Shown: positions 39,963 to 50,714 of the stretch, piece after piece
How positions within the stretch are numbered: position 1 is the first letter of the stretch
Layout: each line of letters starts with the position of its first letter
Assembly: GCA_030867685.1 (NCBI GenBank)
Contig: JAQOWU010000003.1
Span: forward strand, 868,001-932,000
DNA from: Wickerhamiella versatilis
Lineage: Eukaryota
Direction of reading: 5' to 3'
DNA: 64,000 nucleotides
The notes under the pieces: generated by a model
Database searches by the model: none
What the model saw: only the letters and a program-made list of their open reading frames with translations
Told to the model about the DNA's origin: nothing
Position numbers and translations under genes: made by a program

Positions 39963-41081
39963 TTAACTGGAAACCACGAGTAACAGATTTTTCAAGTTGG
40001 CTAGTGTTTGCTTCAGGTCGACAACCGGAAGCCCTTGAGCAGTCATTAGTTGCTCGATATCTTTATGCAAAAGAAATAATCCATATTCGACTCTATACAA
40101 CAGCGCACCTTTTGTCCATAGTGGAAACGTTCTCGACCCTTTGATTTTTGATATATTATCTACAATGAATGATTGCGACCCAAACGCACGTATTGGATAA
40201 GGCAGAGCAACATCTAAGTAAAAACTGAGGCTGAGCACTACCTGAGCTACCAATCCCAATGCAGCACCAACCTGCACTGGGTCGAATTGACTTATTGCGA
40301 ATACATTTGGCAAGAAGATACCACAAATCGTAAAATGGAAGCTTGAATCGACAGGCTCTATTGGGAAAATTTCCATTATTTGTTTTGCTAGCCGTTGATG
40401 CTCAAAGACAAGGGCCAGTTCGTGTTGTTTTTCCTCAAGAATCTCTGGTTGTACTGGTCCTTTGTCCGCAACGAGTTCTGTGTTGGTATTTTTTTCAAGC
40501 TCAGATCGGATACATTTATTTCTTTCCCTGGTTGTCGTAATTTCATTCCTTATCGCCTTTGTTGACTTTCTTATTTGTTCCGTAGAGCGTGTAGTACGTT
40601 GTAATCTTCTTTGAAGTGAAGTAATGTGGTCCATTAATTCGAGCCTTGACCCAGGCCATAGACGACTTATTTCAGGTTCAAGGCTCGCACGCGTATCGTT
40701 CGCATCATCAAGACTATTTTGAAGTACCCAAATGCTCACCACTGTATCATAGCTTAGACTTGTAACAGGTCTCTGTTGTGCACCATTCATGTTGCTTGGA
40801 CACCCTATTATAACCACCTGCCCTTTTGAAGGATGTCTGAGATCCACTATCTCCTCAAGAATAACCTTTTCACCTTCAAAAACCCTCAATGCAATCTTTG
40901 TTGAACGACCAATTGCTCGTGGTATAGAATCAGGGATACAAGCCTCCAAACACCCATCCTTAGGCTCAATCTCCCCACTTATGAACCACGGTGCATCTTG
41001 GTTCTCACAGTATGCAACCACTCGCTTTTTTCCCGGCTCAAGTCCGTGGATCCTGAGACCTGGCACATTGGCCAGGTGCAT
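39963..41081 (-). CDS. VPS38: PI3K complex II subunit Vps38/UVRAG-like
   Basis: Coiled coil, IFPIEP...FTICG, AALGLVAQVV, LPYPI, RTFPLW, EYGLFLLHKDIEQL. Confidence 0.8.
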   Translation of the reverse strand: MHLANVPGLRIHGLEPGKKRVVAYCENQDAPWFISGEIEPKDGCLEACIPDSIPRAIGRSTKIALRVFEGEKVILEEIVDLRHPSKGQVVIIGCPSNMNGAQQRPVTSLSYDTVVSIWVLQNSLDDANDTRASLEPEISRLWPGSRLELMDHITSLQRRLQRTTRSTEQIRKSTKAIRNEITTTRERNKCIRSELEKNTNTELVADKGPVQPEILEEKQHELALVFEHQRLAKQIMEIFPIEPVDSSFHFTICGIFLPNVFAISQFDPVQVGAALGLVAQVVLSLSFYLDVALPYPIRAFGSQSFIVDNISKIKGSRTFPLWTKGALLYRVEYGLFLLHKDIEQLMTAQGLPVVDLKQTLANLKNLLLVVSS

Positions 41082-41604
41082 TACTAATTTTCTAAGGTAG
41101 AGAATCTGGCATTTATAGTGCGAGAGCGGGCTAGTCTAGTTAATTAAATATATATGTATCGTTAAAAGAATGTTTATATGCGAATTTAACTACATGCCAA
41201 CTCTCGGATTTCTGTATTCATTAGCCAGTGCAAAATTATAATATTTCTGATTGTTAATATCATCAAATAAGTACTAGTTTAATGAGAAGCGATGCTGTCG
41301 CCTTTATCTGCTTAAATTGCGATGTAACTAATGAGTTGCAAATCACTCTCGCTCTATCTATTGACTATGATCCGTGTGCAAAAAAAACATAAAAGATTTG
41401 AGTTCACTGAATTCATTTTTACGATCAGTCGATATGTTTAGTTCTATGTCACTGTATCCTATGATGTCAACTGCCCCGCGTATCTATTTTGTTACCGCCG
41501 CACGAGATTGACACCAGTTAACATGGGAATGAAATGAAAAAAAAATGGTAGCCGGCCCTTAAAGCAAGATAGCCCCTCGATGTTAGTACCATTGGTGTAC
41601 AAAA

Positions 41605-42228
41605 ATGGTATTATTCCGAACAATTGGCTGCATATCATCATCCATTTTTACAACTCTCGAGGTTAGGGTGGTGAGGTCAATGTCGAGACAGGATCCGGAA
41701 TGGGTGGCAATGATCGGTCATTTCTGCGAAATACATGGTCCTGTTACTGTGTTAGCCACGTATAAAAGGGGCACCTTTTCACCACCATCTATAAGAACTG
41801 GTGGTTGTGCTTCGTGTCGTCTTGATAGATCGCCAGTTTTGGGGGAGAAATATATTACGAGTGTTCCTCCTAGTGAACTTATTCCTCAACTGCAGAGATT
41901 GTGTCTTCGGTCATTCGTTTCTTCCGATTCTAGTGATGATGCACCGCTTATGATTGCAGATCCAGAAATGGGTGCTGCGATCATTCAACGCGTCAGACTC
42001 GGTCCCCGTCTATACGTACTCGGGCTCTTGAGCCCAGCGGAGGGTATAGTGATGCGAAGGTGGAGCAAAGCGATAGGCATCTTTTCGTATTTGTCTTCTG
42101 TACTGGATGATATGGCAACGGTGTCTGCTTTTCGAGTCCCTCCTCGTGAACAAAGAAGCCTGGCTGATATTACATCTGCTAATGTGTGGGAAATTATCCA
42201 CAAAGAGCTAGGTAAGCTGGTTGTCTGA
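41605..42228 (+). CDS. LST7: Folliculin/Lst7-like protein (minimal)
   Basis: GHFCEIHGPVTVLAT, CASC, LQRLCLRS, RSLADIT. The real start may be the second Met (MSRQDP). Confidence 0.75.
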   Translation: MVLFRTIGCISSSIFTTLEVRVVRSMSRQDPEWVAMIGHFCEIHGPVTVLATYKRGTFSPPSIRTGGCASCRLDRSPVLGEKYITSVPPSELIPQLQRLCLRSFVSSDSSDDAPLMIADPEMGAAIIQRVRLGPRLYVLGLLSPAEGIVMRRWSKAIGIFSYLSSVLDDMATVSAFRVPPREQRSLADITSANVWEIIHKELGKLVV

Positions 42229-42566
42229 CTGAAGCGTTTATCTCCCATTATTTATTTTACGGGTACTGGTTAGATTGTATCTAGATATTTTAAGTAGCCA
42301 TTTCAACTATTCAGGCTACCTGTCCGTTTGGTGAGTGTTCTTCTGGCTCTTGTCGTCTTTGTGAAAACAATTGCCATTCGACTTTTTTTTAAATGTGAGC
42401 TTTTTTACGATAGTAATTGACGTTAGCCGACCACTTTCAATGAAGTCCCTATAGCCTGTCATTTGGTTGACAAGTTCAGTTATGTGATAGTAGCGATTAA
42501 GTATTCGGAGTCGGTTTTTCATGTCCATATGCGCTGATCGCCTCTGTCTCTTTGCATTTCCCCACC

Positions 42567-42593
42567 TGTTGTTGTTGTTGTTGTTGTTGTTGT
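42567..42593. repeat. (TGT)9 microsatellite
   Basis: Nine perfect trinucleotide units in an intergenic region. Confidence 0.95.
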
Positions 42594-43256
42594 TTTATCT
42601 TAAACGGCTGGGGTTGTCTTCTTGGGTGTATATTTGCTTGTATATAAGGAAATCGTGTATGCTCTAACTGACGTATTTGTGAAAACTTACGCGTGTGATT
42701 ATCAGTTTGTAAGACAAGACATATCATACTACAATGCTAAATCAGAGTTCATAATAAAAAAGCCGCTTACTGGTAGAGTTAGTAACAAGAGGCCATTGTT
42801 TATTCGTGTATGGATATATCTGAAACTATACAGGGAAAAAAACAGAAATAGAATGCCATCATGGACCCACAGAAAGAGGAGATTCAGCTAGATATAACAT
42901 AACCATACATGCAATGTAGGTAGCAATAAGAAAAAAGGTTGACTCAATTGTATAGGAGAGGAGATTGATAGCAAATCTGAGGATGGTACACAGGAATAGA
43001 GCTTAGTCCACAAACAAGTCTCAAGACTAAATGGTGCAACCTAACAAGATTCATCTAAAAGAGTCGTCAATACATACGGGGAAATACTAGCTCTTCACTA
43101 AATACATAGCTAAATTCAAGCTCGTCACCAGAGACACAATTCAATTCAATCCAATCTCACCACAGAACTTAGCAACCGAAAGAACTGGAGTACAATTACG
43201 AAAAAAAAACTGTTTCTAGTCATCCGCGCAATACTATGAACGTCGATGAAAAAAAA

Positions 43257-43637
43257 TCAGAGCTTGGCCTCCACACGAGCAGCTTTGAGAACCTGTTCTA
43301 GAGATGCAGCTTTCATGACATTTCCTCTAACTTTCAACTTGCCACCCAAAAACAGCTTTTGCGCACTGGCCTTGCCATTGACTAGAGCACCAAAGTCTTT
43401 ATCTGACAGAATGAGAGTGACATCGGGTTTTGATGGAGCAGCCCCTTCGCCCACCTCTCCAGCCTTCTTTACATCGAGGTACCATGATTTAGTCTTACCC
43501 GCACTGTTCTTGAGGTCGAACTGAACCAGAATCTTGGATTGCTTTATAAACTTTTGCTTCATCGCCGGGTCACTAAGACCCTGAGAAAGAAGGTCAAATG
43601 CCTGAGAACTAGGGAATTCTTGGTCTGCCAGTGTCAT
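43257..43637 (-). CDS. SCP2: Peroxisomal sterol carrier protein 2 (POX18/SCP2)
   Basis: SWYLDVKK, AQKLFLGGKLKVRGNVMKA, C-terminal PTS1 AKL. Confidence 0.92.
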   Translation of the reverse strand: MTLADQEFPSSQAFDLLSQGLSDPAMKQKFIKQSKILVQFDLKNSAGKTKSWYLDVKKAGEVGEGAAPSKPDVTLILSDKDFGALVNGKASAQKLFLGGKLKVRGNVMKAASLEQVLKAARVEAKL

Positions 43638-44316
43638 TGCGCAAATGCCTTACAGGTCGTGTGGGAGACGATTTATAATATGACGGCTACATAAAGTTGG
43701 GACAAAAATAGCGGGGAAGAGGAGGTCCAATATCAGACCCACTTGTCTGTGTTTTTACAATATCAATAAAATTAAAGATATAGTAGGGTCGTAATAATTA
43801 CAGCGAAAAAGGAACAGTCGGGTTAAGATGGCCGAGGCGACATTCAATTGACGATACTCGGTTAAGTTACGTGCATAGAAGGTTCTGAAAGCTTCCTCAT
43901 AGAGATAAAAAATATACTTGCATGCATACACATACAAAATCGGGAGAAAAACAAAATACTACAAGATGTCTTCAGCAATAGGAATTTTGCGAGATACACA
44001 GAGACGGATTCCACAATCATATTAAAGACTACCAACCTCGAGAGAGCCAGGTCTGCATCTCGTCAGCGTTACATTCAGAACGATTATGACAGCCTCTAAT
44101 TTAAAATTAGAGCTACCTCCTGTCAGCAACGCAGAATAAGAGATGCATATTGCGCCAGACCATTTTTATATTCAAGGAGGTATGTCAATTCAATAGCATG
44201 GCTACCCGAGAGACTAAAAAACCCGGTATCTATCTCCTTGACGAATTAAACTGCATTCCCAGGTGATGCCTCGCCGTATCACGGTATGACTCCTGAGTAA
44301 TCAACCAACCCACTTA

Positions 44317-45411
44317 ATGCGAGTCTACAATCTGGTATCTTTGCTCGCGACCGCAGCTGCGGTACCAATTAGCGAACAAGTTTTGTCTGGACCAAGAATA
44401 CTAGAATTCAGCGATGGCTCCCGTGTACCCGTGACAGATGACGGTGTTCTGGAGCTTCTACGAAATGGGGTTCATTTCATGGATGTGACCAATCATCTAG
44501 ACACCCCACTGACTGTGAACTCTGTGGTAGAATATCCTAAGAAACCCCAATTTCAGTATGTTCTTGATGAGCTTCTAGGTAATCTCTCAAGGAGCAATCT
44601 GGAGACAAGCCTAGAGGAATTTAGCTCGTTCTATACTCGATATGCAAGGAGCGGGTTTGGATATGAAAGTTCAGAATGGCTGTTTGGTCGCATTTTCAAT
44701 GCTTCTTCCTTCAGGCCCGAAGTTACAGTGAAAAGGTTCCACCATGAGTTTCCCCAGAACTCTATAATTGCCACAATCCCAGGTACCAAGCGACCTAATG
44801 ATGTTGTCGTAATTGGAGCACACCAAGACTCAATAAACTTAATAGCACCAAACCTACTGCCAGCACCAGGTGCTGATGATGATGGAAGTGGTTCAATGAC
44901 CATTCTGGAGGCCTTTGCCACCCTTGTCGAAAGTGGATTCGAGCCGGAAAACACGGTAGAATTTCACTGGTATGCAGCCGAAGAGCTAGGTCTTTTGGGA
45001 TCTCAGGACGTCTTTGCTGCATACGATAGGATGGATATAAACGTGAAAGCCATGTTGCAGCAGGATATGACTGGATATAGTGCAGGATCAAAAAAGCATG
45101 GTGACGATAAGCTTGGTGTGATCATTGATTATGTAGACGACGGGTTGACCACATTTATCAAGAAATTGGTGAATACTTACTGTACAATTGGCTACGTAGA
45201 GACGAAATGTGGTTACGCCTGCTCGGACCATGCTTCTGCGTCGAAACATGGATATCCTTCAGCTTTCGTGATTGAAAGTGACTTTGCTGACATCGATTCC
45301 AGCATTCACACAACCGAGGATAAGTTGGAAAAGTTAGACTTCGATCACATGCTAGAGCATGCTAAGCTGACTCTTTCATTCGCTGTAGAGCTCGGGTCAG
45401 CAAAGCTCTAG
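44317..45411 (+). CDS. Secreted/vacuolar leucine aminopeptidase (M28)
   Basis: Signal peptide, GAHQDSIN, APGADDDGSG, YAAEELGLLGS, QQDMTGY, CGYACSDHAS, IHT. Confidence 0.95.
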   Translation: MRVYNLVSLLATAAAVPISEQVLSGPRILEFSDGSRVPVTDDGVLELLRNGVHFMDVTNHLDTPLTVNSVVEYPKKPQFQYVLDELLGNLSRSNLETSLEEFSSFYTRYARSGFGYESSEWLFGRIFNASSFRPEVTVKRFHHEFPQNSIIATIPGTKRPNDVVVIGAHQDSINLIAPNLLPAPGADDDGSGSMTILEAFATLVESGFEPENTVEFHWYAAEELGLLGSQDVFAAYDRMDINVKAMLQQDMTGYSAGSKKHGDDKLGVIIDYVDDGLTTFIKKLVNTYCTIGYVETKCGYACSDHASASKHGYPSAFVIESDFADIDSSIHTTEDKLEKLDFDHMLEHAKLTLSFAVELGSAKL

Positions 45412-46057
45412 AACTAGAGCGGTGGTTTCCTTCGCCAGGCAAAAATTTCAGTAAATTTTATAGTTTGTAGACATGATGCCACGTATGGAAAGCTCTATAA
45501 GTCTTATTAAATGCCACGCTCTTTACTCGCTGATACGACTTACCGCATACGGCAATGCTGTCTTCATAATACTTGGATCTACTGCCATTATAACAATCTT
45601 CTCTATTTCGACTTCTTCTTAAATCTAGAAATGGCAGAGGGACCATCTTTATCAGAACTCGCATTGTTCAACCTTTCTGTTACACATGTCCGCATAGGGA
45701 TCTTATTGTTCTAAGGTGTCTTCTTGACCTTTTGGTCAATGCTCAGCTTCTATATCATAAACTTAGACTTAGTGGTATGCATTCCTGATTCTATCTGTTC
45801 CCATTGTTTACATTCAGTATAAGCCAGAGAAAAAGACTAGCTTCGTAAACCAAAGGGTTAGGGTAATTATATTGAAAAGTGCACATAGAAATGAAGAGTT
45901 TGTGCAATGCTCTAGTTGCAAACAGAATATAAAGAAGCATTACTTGCTACCACGATTCTGAGGCACTCAGATGCGAGCAGAGAGAAAATTCAAAAATTGC
46001 CGCGTAGCAACGCGGGTAAGGGTTAATAAACGCCACTTTGCTGACATTTACGTCAAC

Positions 46058-46071
46058 ACGCGTACTCGCGA
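46058..46071. promoter_or_regulatory. MCB elements upstream of RFA1
   Basis: ACGCGT at 46058-46063 and TCGCGA at 46066-46071, plus further CGCG copies near 46001-46015. Confidence 0.6.
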
Positions 46072-46074
46072 CAT

Positions 46075-47841
46075 ATGTCTAACAACGTGAGGCCATTTTT
46101 TCGGGCAATAGTTCCGTTTGCCCCTCAGAACAAGAGGTTCAGCCAATCTCACTATGTTCAAATTGTGAAGGTACGCCAGAAAAGAGGTGATAGCCATCAC
46201 CTCTCACTGACGGATGGTGAATTCACTCTGCATTCAATGGTACGTGCGGCAAACACCGAATTTGAGGCTGGAGATATATTGGAAATTACTGATTTTGATA
46301 TTGGACAGCAAAAAGCGGCAAATGTACTAGTTGTTATCCTTCGATTGTATTCATTTGAGAAAGTTGGGAAAAATCCGAACATCGTTGGCAATCCGAAAAC
46401 AGTTCAGGACTTGGAATCATTTTACGATGCAGCTGGTATAAGCAAAACGAACAGCTCTGCCTCTGTAACACCACCACCGGAGAAGAAGCCGCGCGTATCG
46501 ACAGCGGCGGATACTCCAATTGAAGGTATCACTCCGTTCATTAACACGTGGAAAGCACGTGTGCGTGCCGGAAACAAAAGTGATATCCGTGAATACCATA
46601 CACAGAGAGGACAAGGAAAACTTTTCAATGTCACGTTTACTGACGTGACTGGTGAAATTCGTGCAACAGCGTTCAATCAACAGGTTGACGAGTTCTATGA
46701 CGAATTGGTGAACGGACAGGCCTACTCCATCGAAGGTTTCCGAGTGCAAGCGGCAAATAAGAAGTTTAGCAACGTCAATAATGACTTTGAGCTCATGTTC
46801 ACGCGAGACACCAAAGTGGTACACGTAAATGATGCTGAAGATATTCCCAAGGTGAAGTTCGCATTTGTCCCTTTTTCACAACTACTCAAGTATGGAAAGG
46901 ATTCCCTTGTTGATGTGATAGGCGCTATACATGCTGTTAGCGAAGTCCAACACATCATAGTACGCACAACTAACAACGCGGTCCCAAAACGCGAGGTAAC
47001 ATTGGTGGACGACTCAGCGATTTCCGTGAGAGTTACACTTTGGGGCGATCAAGCTCAGGATTTTGCTCTAAATGAAGGTGAAATACTAGCCATTAAAGCA
47101 GCCAAGGTTTCAGATTTCGATGGAAGATCCCTCAGCGTTACACGTATGAGCCCATTATTCCCGAATCCTGATGATCCTGAGGCTTTCCGTCTCAAAGGCT
47201 GGTATGACGTCAATGGCCGATCAACCTCGTTTCATAGCTTGCGTGATGCTGCGCGGCAGGAGGACGAAGCCAACGGCGAAAGCTCTGAGACTAAGCCGAA
47301 ACTCGAGCTTAAAACGGTTCAGCAAGTTATGGATGAACATATTGGGCAGTCTGATGATGTTGAATATTTTTCAATTCGTGCTCCAATCCTCATGGCTTTC
47401 AGCAAAAACTTTGCCTATTCAGCGTGTCCCAATGAGGGCTGTAATAAGAAGGTCACAGAAATTGGCTCGGGTGAATGGCGTTGTGAGAAATGTGATGCTA
47501 CCTTTGAATCACCGCATTGGCGCTATATACTCAGCTTGTCCATAGGTGATCCAAGTAACAATGATGGTGGCCTTATGGTGACCGCTTTTGACCGCGAGGC
47601 TTCAGAGATAGTTGGAAAACCAGCTGTTGAAATGATGGAACTTAAGGAAAATGTAGGTATGGATCAGCAGACGAAGCTCTTTAACTTTATAAGGGGAAAC
47701 GAGTATGTCTGGCGAATTAAAGCTCGTCAAGAAACGTTCAATGAGCAAAGGCGTACAAGATTCCAAGCTACATCTGTCCAATCTATTAATGCCGACCCCG
47801 CGAAATTTGCCTCACAAATACTTGATGAGCTACAGTATTAG
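46075..47841 (+). CDS. RFA1: Replication protein A large subunit
   Basis: GKLFNVTFTDVTGEIRATAFN, VTLWG, KVSDFDGRSLS, LKGWY, zinc finger ACPNEGCNKKV...WRCEKC. Confidence 0.97.
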   Translation: MSNNVRPFFRAIVPFAPQNKRFSQSHYVQIVKVRQKRGDSHHLSLTDGEFTLHSMVRAANTEFEAGDILEITDFDIGQQKAANVLVVILRLYSFEKVGKNPNIVGNPKTVQDLESFYDAAGISKTNSSASVTPPPEKKPRVSTAADTPIEGITPFINTWKARVRAGNKSDIREYHTQRGQGKLFNVTFTDVTGEIRATAFNQQVDEFYDELVNGQAYSIEGFRVQAANKKFSNVNNDFELMFTRDTKVVHVNDAEDIPKVKFAFVPFSQLLKYGKDSLVDVIGAIHAVSEVQHIIVRTTNNAVPKREVTLVDDSAISVRVTLWGDQAQDFALNEGEILAIKAAKVSDFDGRSLSVTRMSPLFPNPDDPEAFRLKGWYDVNGRSTSFHSLRDAARQEDEANGESSETKPKLELKTVQQVMDEHIGQSDDVEYFSIRAPILMAFSKNFAYSACPNEGCNKKVTEIGSGEWRCEKCDATFESPHWRYILSLSIGDPSNNDGGLMVTAFDREASEIVGKPAVEMMELKENVGMDQQTKLFNFIRGNEYVWRIKARQETFNEQRRTRFQATSVQSINADPAKFASQILDELQY

Positions 47842-48719
47842 ACTTTACCCCTCCTCTCCTTACGTGTCATGTATTCTTCGTATTAACCAACAAATTCCGG
47901 TTCCTCTAAGACCCAATATACCAACTAGTAAGAATAGCTAAATAGGAAAACCTCTCCTTATATGAAAGATATTAATACAAGATTATATGCAGACAATCTA
48001 TATTTTCTATGCTGTAGACGGCCTCGGTTTCTTGAGGTTGGACTAATAGCAATGTGCCTTTTACTAGGATTATTGGTGGTATATGTAGTAAATAAACATT
48101 AGGAGACAATTGTCCTGCCTCAGTTAATGATCGGAAGAAAGAGATAATCTGTTTTATTTAATTTACTCTGTAATCTGCTTGAAAACTCCAAGATGAAACA
48201 AAAGATTTCGATGACGTGAAGTTACCCCAGAAAAAAAAATTGAGCTTACATTATCCAAAAAACTTAAACATAGCAGATAGGTCGATGTGAACAACTGTAC
48301 TATGGGTGGCAATGGTGAAGCGAAAAGGGCAATATAGGGTTTGGGTCGTGATAGTTATTTAGTTTGATTGTTGAGAAATGCATCAAGTCTACCTGATTCA
48401 TCGCAGAGCTAATCGGAATAGACGTTTAGAGGATATAGTAGTCTTCTCCAGCCTCAATAATAATTAAGAACTAGCAGTATTCTTTTCACCGACTTGAAGG
48501 GAAGAAAACCATCGACATGAATGAATCATTATATTTATAACAAAGAATGACATCACAGCTAATGCCAATGTTATTTTATACTACTGACATATACTTTTTC
48601 TTTCCAGCATCCACTTGGGCACAACCTCCACAATCTCTCAACTCGCTGAGAATACGGGTTAGTCATCAAACCAACCAGCCAGTAAGCGCCTGGGAATCTC
48701 TTACTTCTCATCATCAGCC

Positions 48720-48962
48720 ATGTCCGATCTTCGTGAGAAGTTGCATACCTTTGGGAACGATCCGCGGTTCCCAAACACAAACCAGACGCACAGATGCTTC
48801 CAGAACTACGTTGACTATCAACGTTGCGTGAAGGCGAAAGGTGAGGAATTCGCGCCATGCCAGGAGTTCTACCGGACTTTCCAGGCACTGTGCCCAGTGT
48901 ATTGGACTGAGAAATGGGATGAACAGCTTCAAAATGGTAACTTCCCAGTTATTGATCTCTAG
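48720..48962 (+). CDS. COX12: Cytochrome c oxidase subunit 6B
   Basis: DPRFPNTNQTHRCFQNYVDYQRCVKAKGEEFAPC...LCP..W.EKWDEQ..GNFP. Confidence 0.96.
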   Translation: MSDLREKLHTFGNDPRFPNTNQTHRCFQNYVDYQRCVKAKGEEFAPCQEFYRTFQALCPVYWTEKWDEQLQNGNFPVIDL

Positions 48963-49207
48963 ATTAGTTTTTTACTTAGGTTTGTGGATTTTATCACTAG
49001 TCCGTAGGTCTAGGATTTTACGAGTACTTCAAAGGAGCGGGGGTTGCGACTCTATTAATGGAGAGAGGAAAACAGAACTGTGGCTAGCACTATATATTGT
49101 GCTGGGACCTTTTCAGCCTAGCTCATCAATCGCCTATGATGCCAGGTCCTAGCTTAGTGTCATTTACTTTTCTTTAGGGTGAAAGCCTCTTTTATTTCTA
49201 TTAGATG

Positions 49208-49861
49208 TCACATGAAATCATCTTCCCAGTCCTCACCTCTGTTCTGGTTGCTGGACTGAGCCAGCATTTCATCATTATATAGTTCGTCATATCCGCGGTT
49301 CTGTTCCTCCGCTAGACTTTTGTAGTAGCGCTGCTTCTCTAATTCCTGCTTATGGCGGATACGATACTCGTCCTGGTTACGTCTTCGTACCTGCTTTTCG
49401 TAGTCAATCTTCGCTTGCTCGAGTTCTGCCTGGTCTTGTTTTCGCACCTGCTTTGTCTTGTCCAATCTATTTATAATGTCATTTTTGCGGGTAGAAACTT
49501 GGTGTTTACGGGTAATGTCGGCCTGCTTGAACCCTACCTGACCCGTGGACATATTATTGCTTTTATGTAGATTTGACCAGGGACAATAAATTACAGTGAC
49601 ACGATCTCGCTTATTTCCTGCAATAGAGTTTGCTTTGACCAGTTGAGCACAGTCCTCTAGCACCAATGCAGGTATGGTAGTCCACTCATACCCTTCAGGA
49701 AGTCGCACATAAACATGTGCACTGCTGAGATTATCAACGTGGAACCATACGTCACAGTCCCATCCATTACGGATAAGGAGCTCATTTTCTTCCTTATCGC
49801 TGCCCATATACAATTGAAATATGGGTAGGCCTTGATGCCGAGATTCAAAATAAAATACCAT
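49208..49861 (-). CDS. JLP2: CCDC25/Jlp2 family (NFACT RNA-binding domain)
   Basis: MVFYF, YMGSDKEENELLI, WFHVDNLSSAHVY, CAQLVKANSIAGNK, C-terminal EDDFM. Confidence 0.93.
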   Translation of the reverse strand: MVFYFESRHQGLPIFQLYMGSDKEENELLIRNGWDCDVWFHVDNLSSAHVYVRLPEGYEWTTIPALVLEDCAQLVKANSIAGNKRDRVTVIYCPWSNLHKSNNMSTGQVGFKQADITRKHQVSTRKNDIINRLDKTKQVRKQDQAELEQAKIDYEKQVRRRNQDEYRIRHKQELEKQRYYKSLAEEQNRGYDELYNDEMLAQSSNQNRGEDWEDDFM

Positions 49862-50012
49862 TTTGTATGAGATTAGGTAATAAAAAGTTGAGTTTACGGA
49901 AAGTAGGCGACCAAAAGTGTTTTAATCCACACGGCGTCACCAAAGTAAATTGATCCGTTTTTATATAACACCGAGAGTAACAAATTACATGATTACTAAT
50001 TGACGCGTTGAG

Positions 50013-50708
50013 ATGGACGTGCCACGTGAGTTCGAGGAATTGGATTTATATGCCACTCTGCGTGTATCGAAAGAAGCTGATGCAAAGCTCATTCGTAAAT
50101 CATATCTTAAACGTGCCCTTGAGACTCATCCAGATAAGAATAATGGCGTAGATACTGAATTCCGTGAGGTTGCATTTGCTTATTCTGTTCTGAGTGACGA
50201 TGAAGCTAGAAGTAATTATGATACCACTGGACACGCTAGCCGTTCTCCTACTATAATGGACTTATTTTCGAAACATGTCCGTCCTGAGGTGACGGAAGAA
50301 ATGATAGAGGAACATCGTCAGAAATATCAACATTCTGCCGAAGAACACCAGGACTTGCTAAACGCGTATAAGCGACACGGTGGCGATTTTGATAAAATAT
50401 TTGAGTCAGTTTTGCATGCTGGAATTGAAGACCAGGACCGTCTGCTGTCAGAATTACGTACAGCCATTAAGAATGGCGAGCTCGAAGCGCTTCCCACCTT
50501 TAAGCGTACGACGGCTAAATCGAAGAACAAGAAAAGGGCACAACAGGCAAACAAAGAAAGAGAAGAAGCAAGTCGGGAGGCCCGTAAATTGGGAGTCGAG
50601 ACATCTGATGGTCTTGCTGCTCTAATTCAATCGCGCCAAGCGAATCGGTTTGATGACCTTGTTACGAAGCTAGAGACGAAATATAAGGTACAGAAAAAAA
50701 GAAGATAG
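50013..50708 (+). CDS. J-domain protein, DNAJC9-like histone co-chaperone
   Basis: J domain with HPDK; YQHSAEEHQDLLNAY; C-terminal EREEA...LAALIQSRQANRFDDLVTKLETKY, typical of DNAJC9. Confidence 0.85.
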   Translation: MDVPREFEELDLYATLRVSKEADAKLIRKSYLKRALETHPDKNNGVDTEFREVAFAYSVLSDDEARSNYDTTGHASRSPTIMDLFSKHVRPEVTEEMIEEHRQKYQHSAEEHQDLLNAYKRHGGDFDKIFESVLHAGIEDQDRLLSELRTAIKNGELEALPTFKRTTAKSKNKKRAQQANKEREEASREARKLGVETSDGLAALIQSRQANRFDDLVTKLETKYKVQKKRR

Positions 50709-50714
50709 TTATTT

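Noticed and set aside
42497-42727. Poly-Q ORF
   Set aside because: A translation of the (TGT)9 microsatellite with no other coding evidence.
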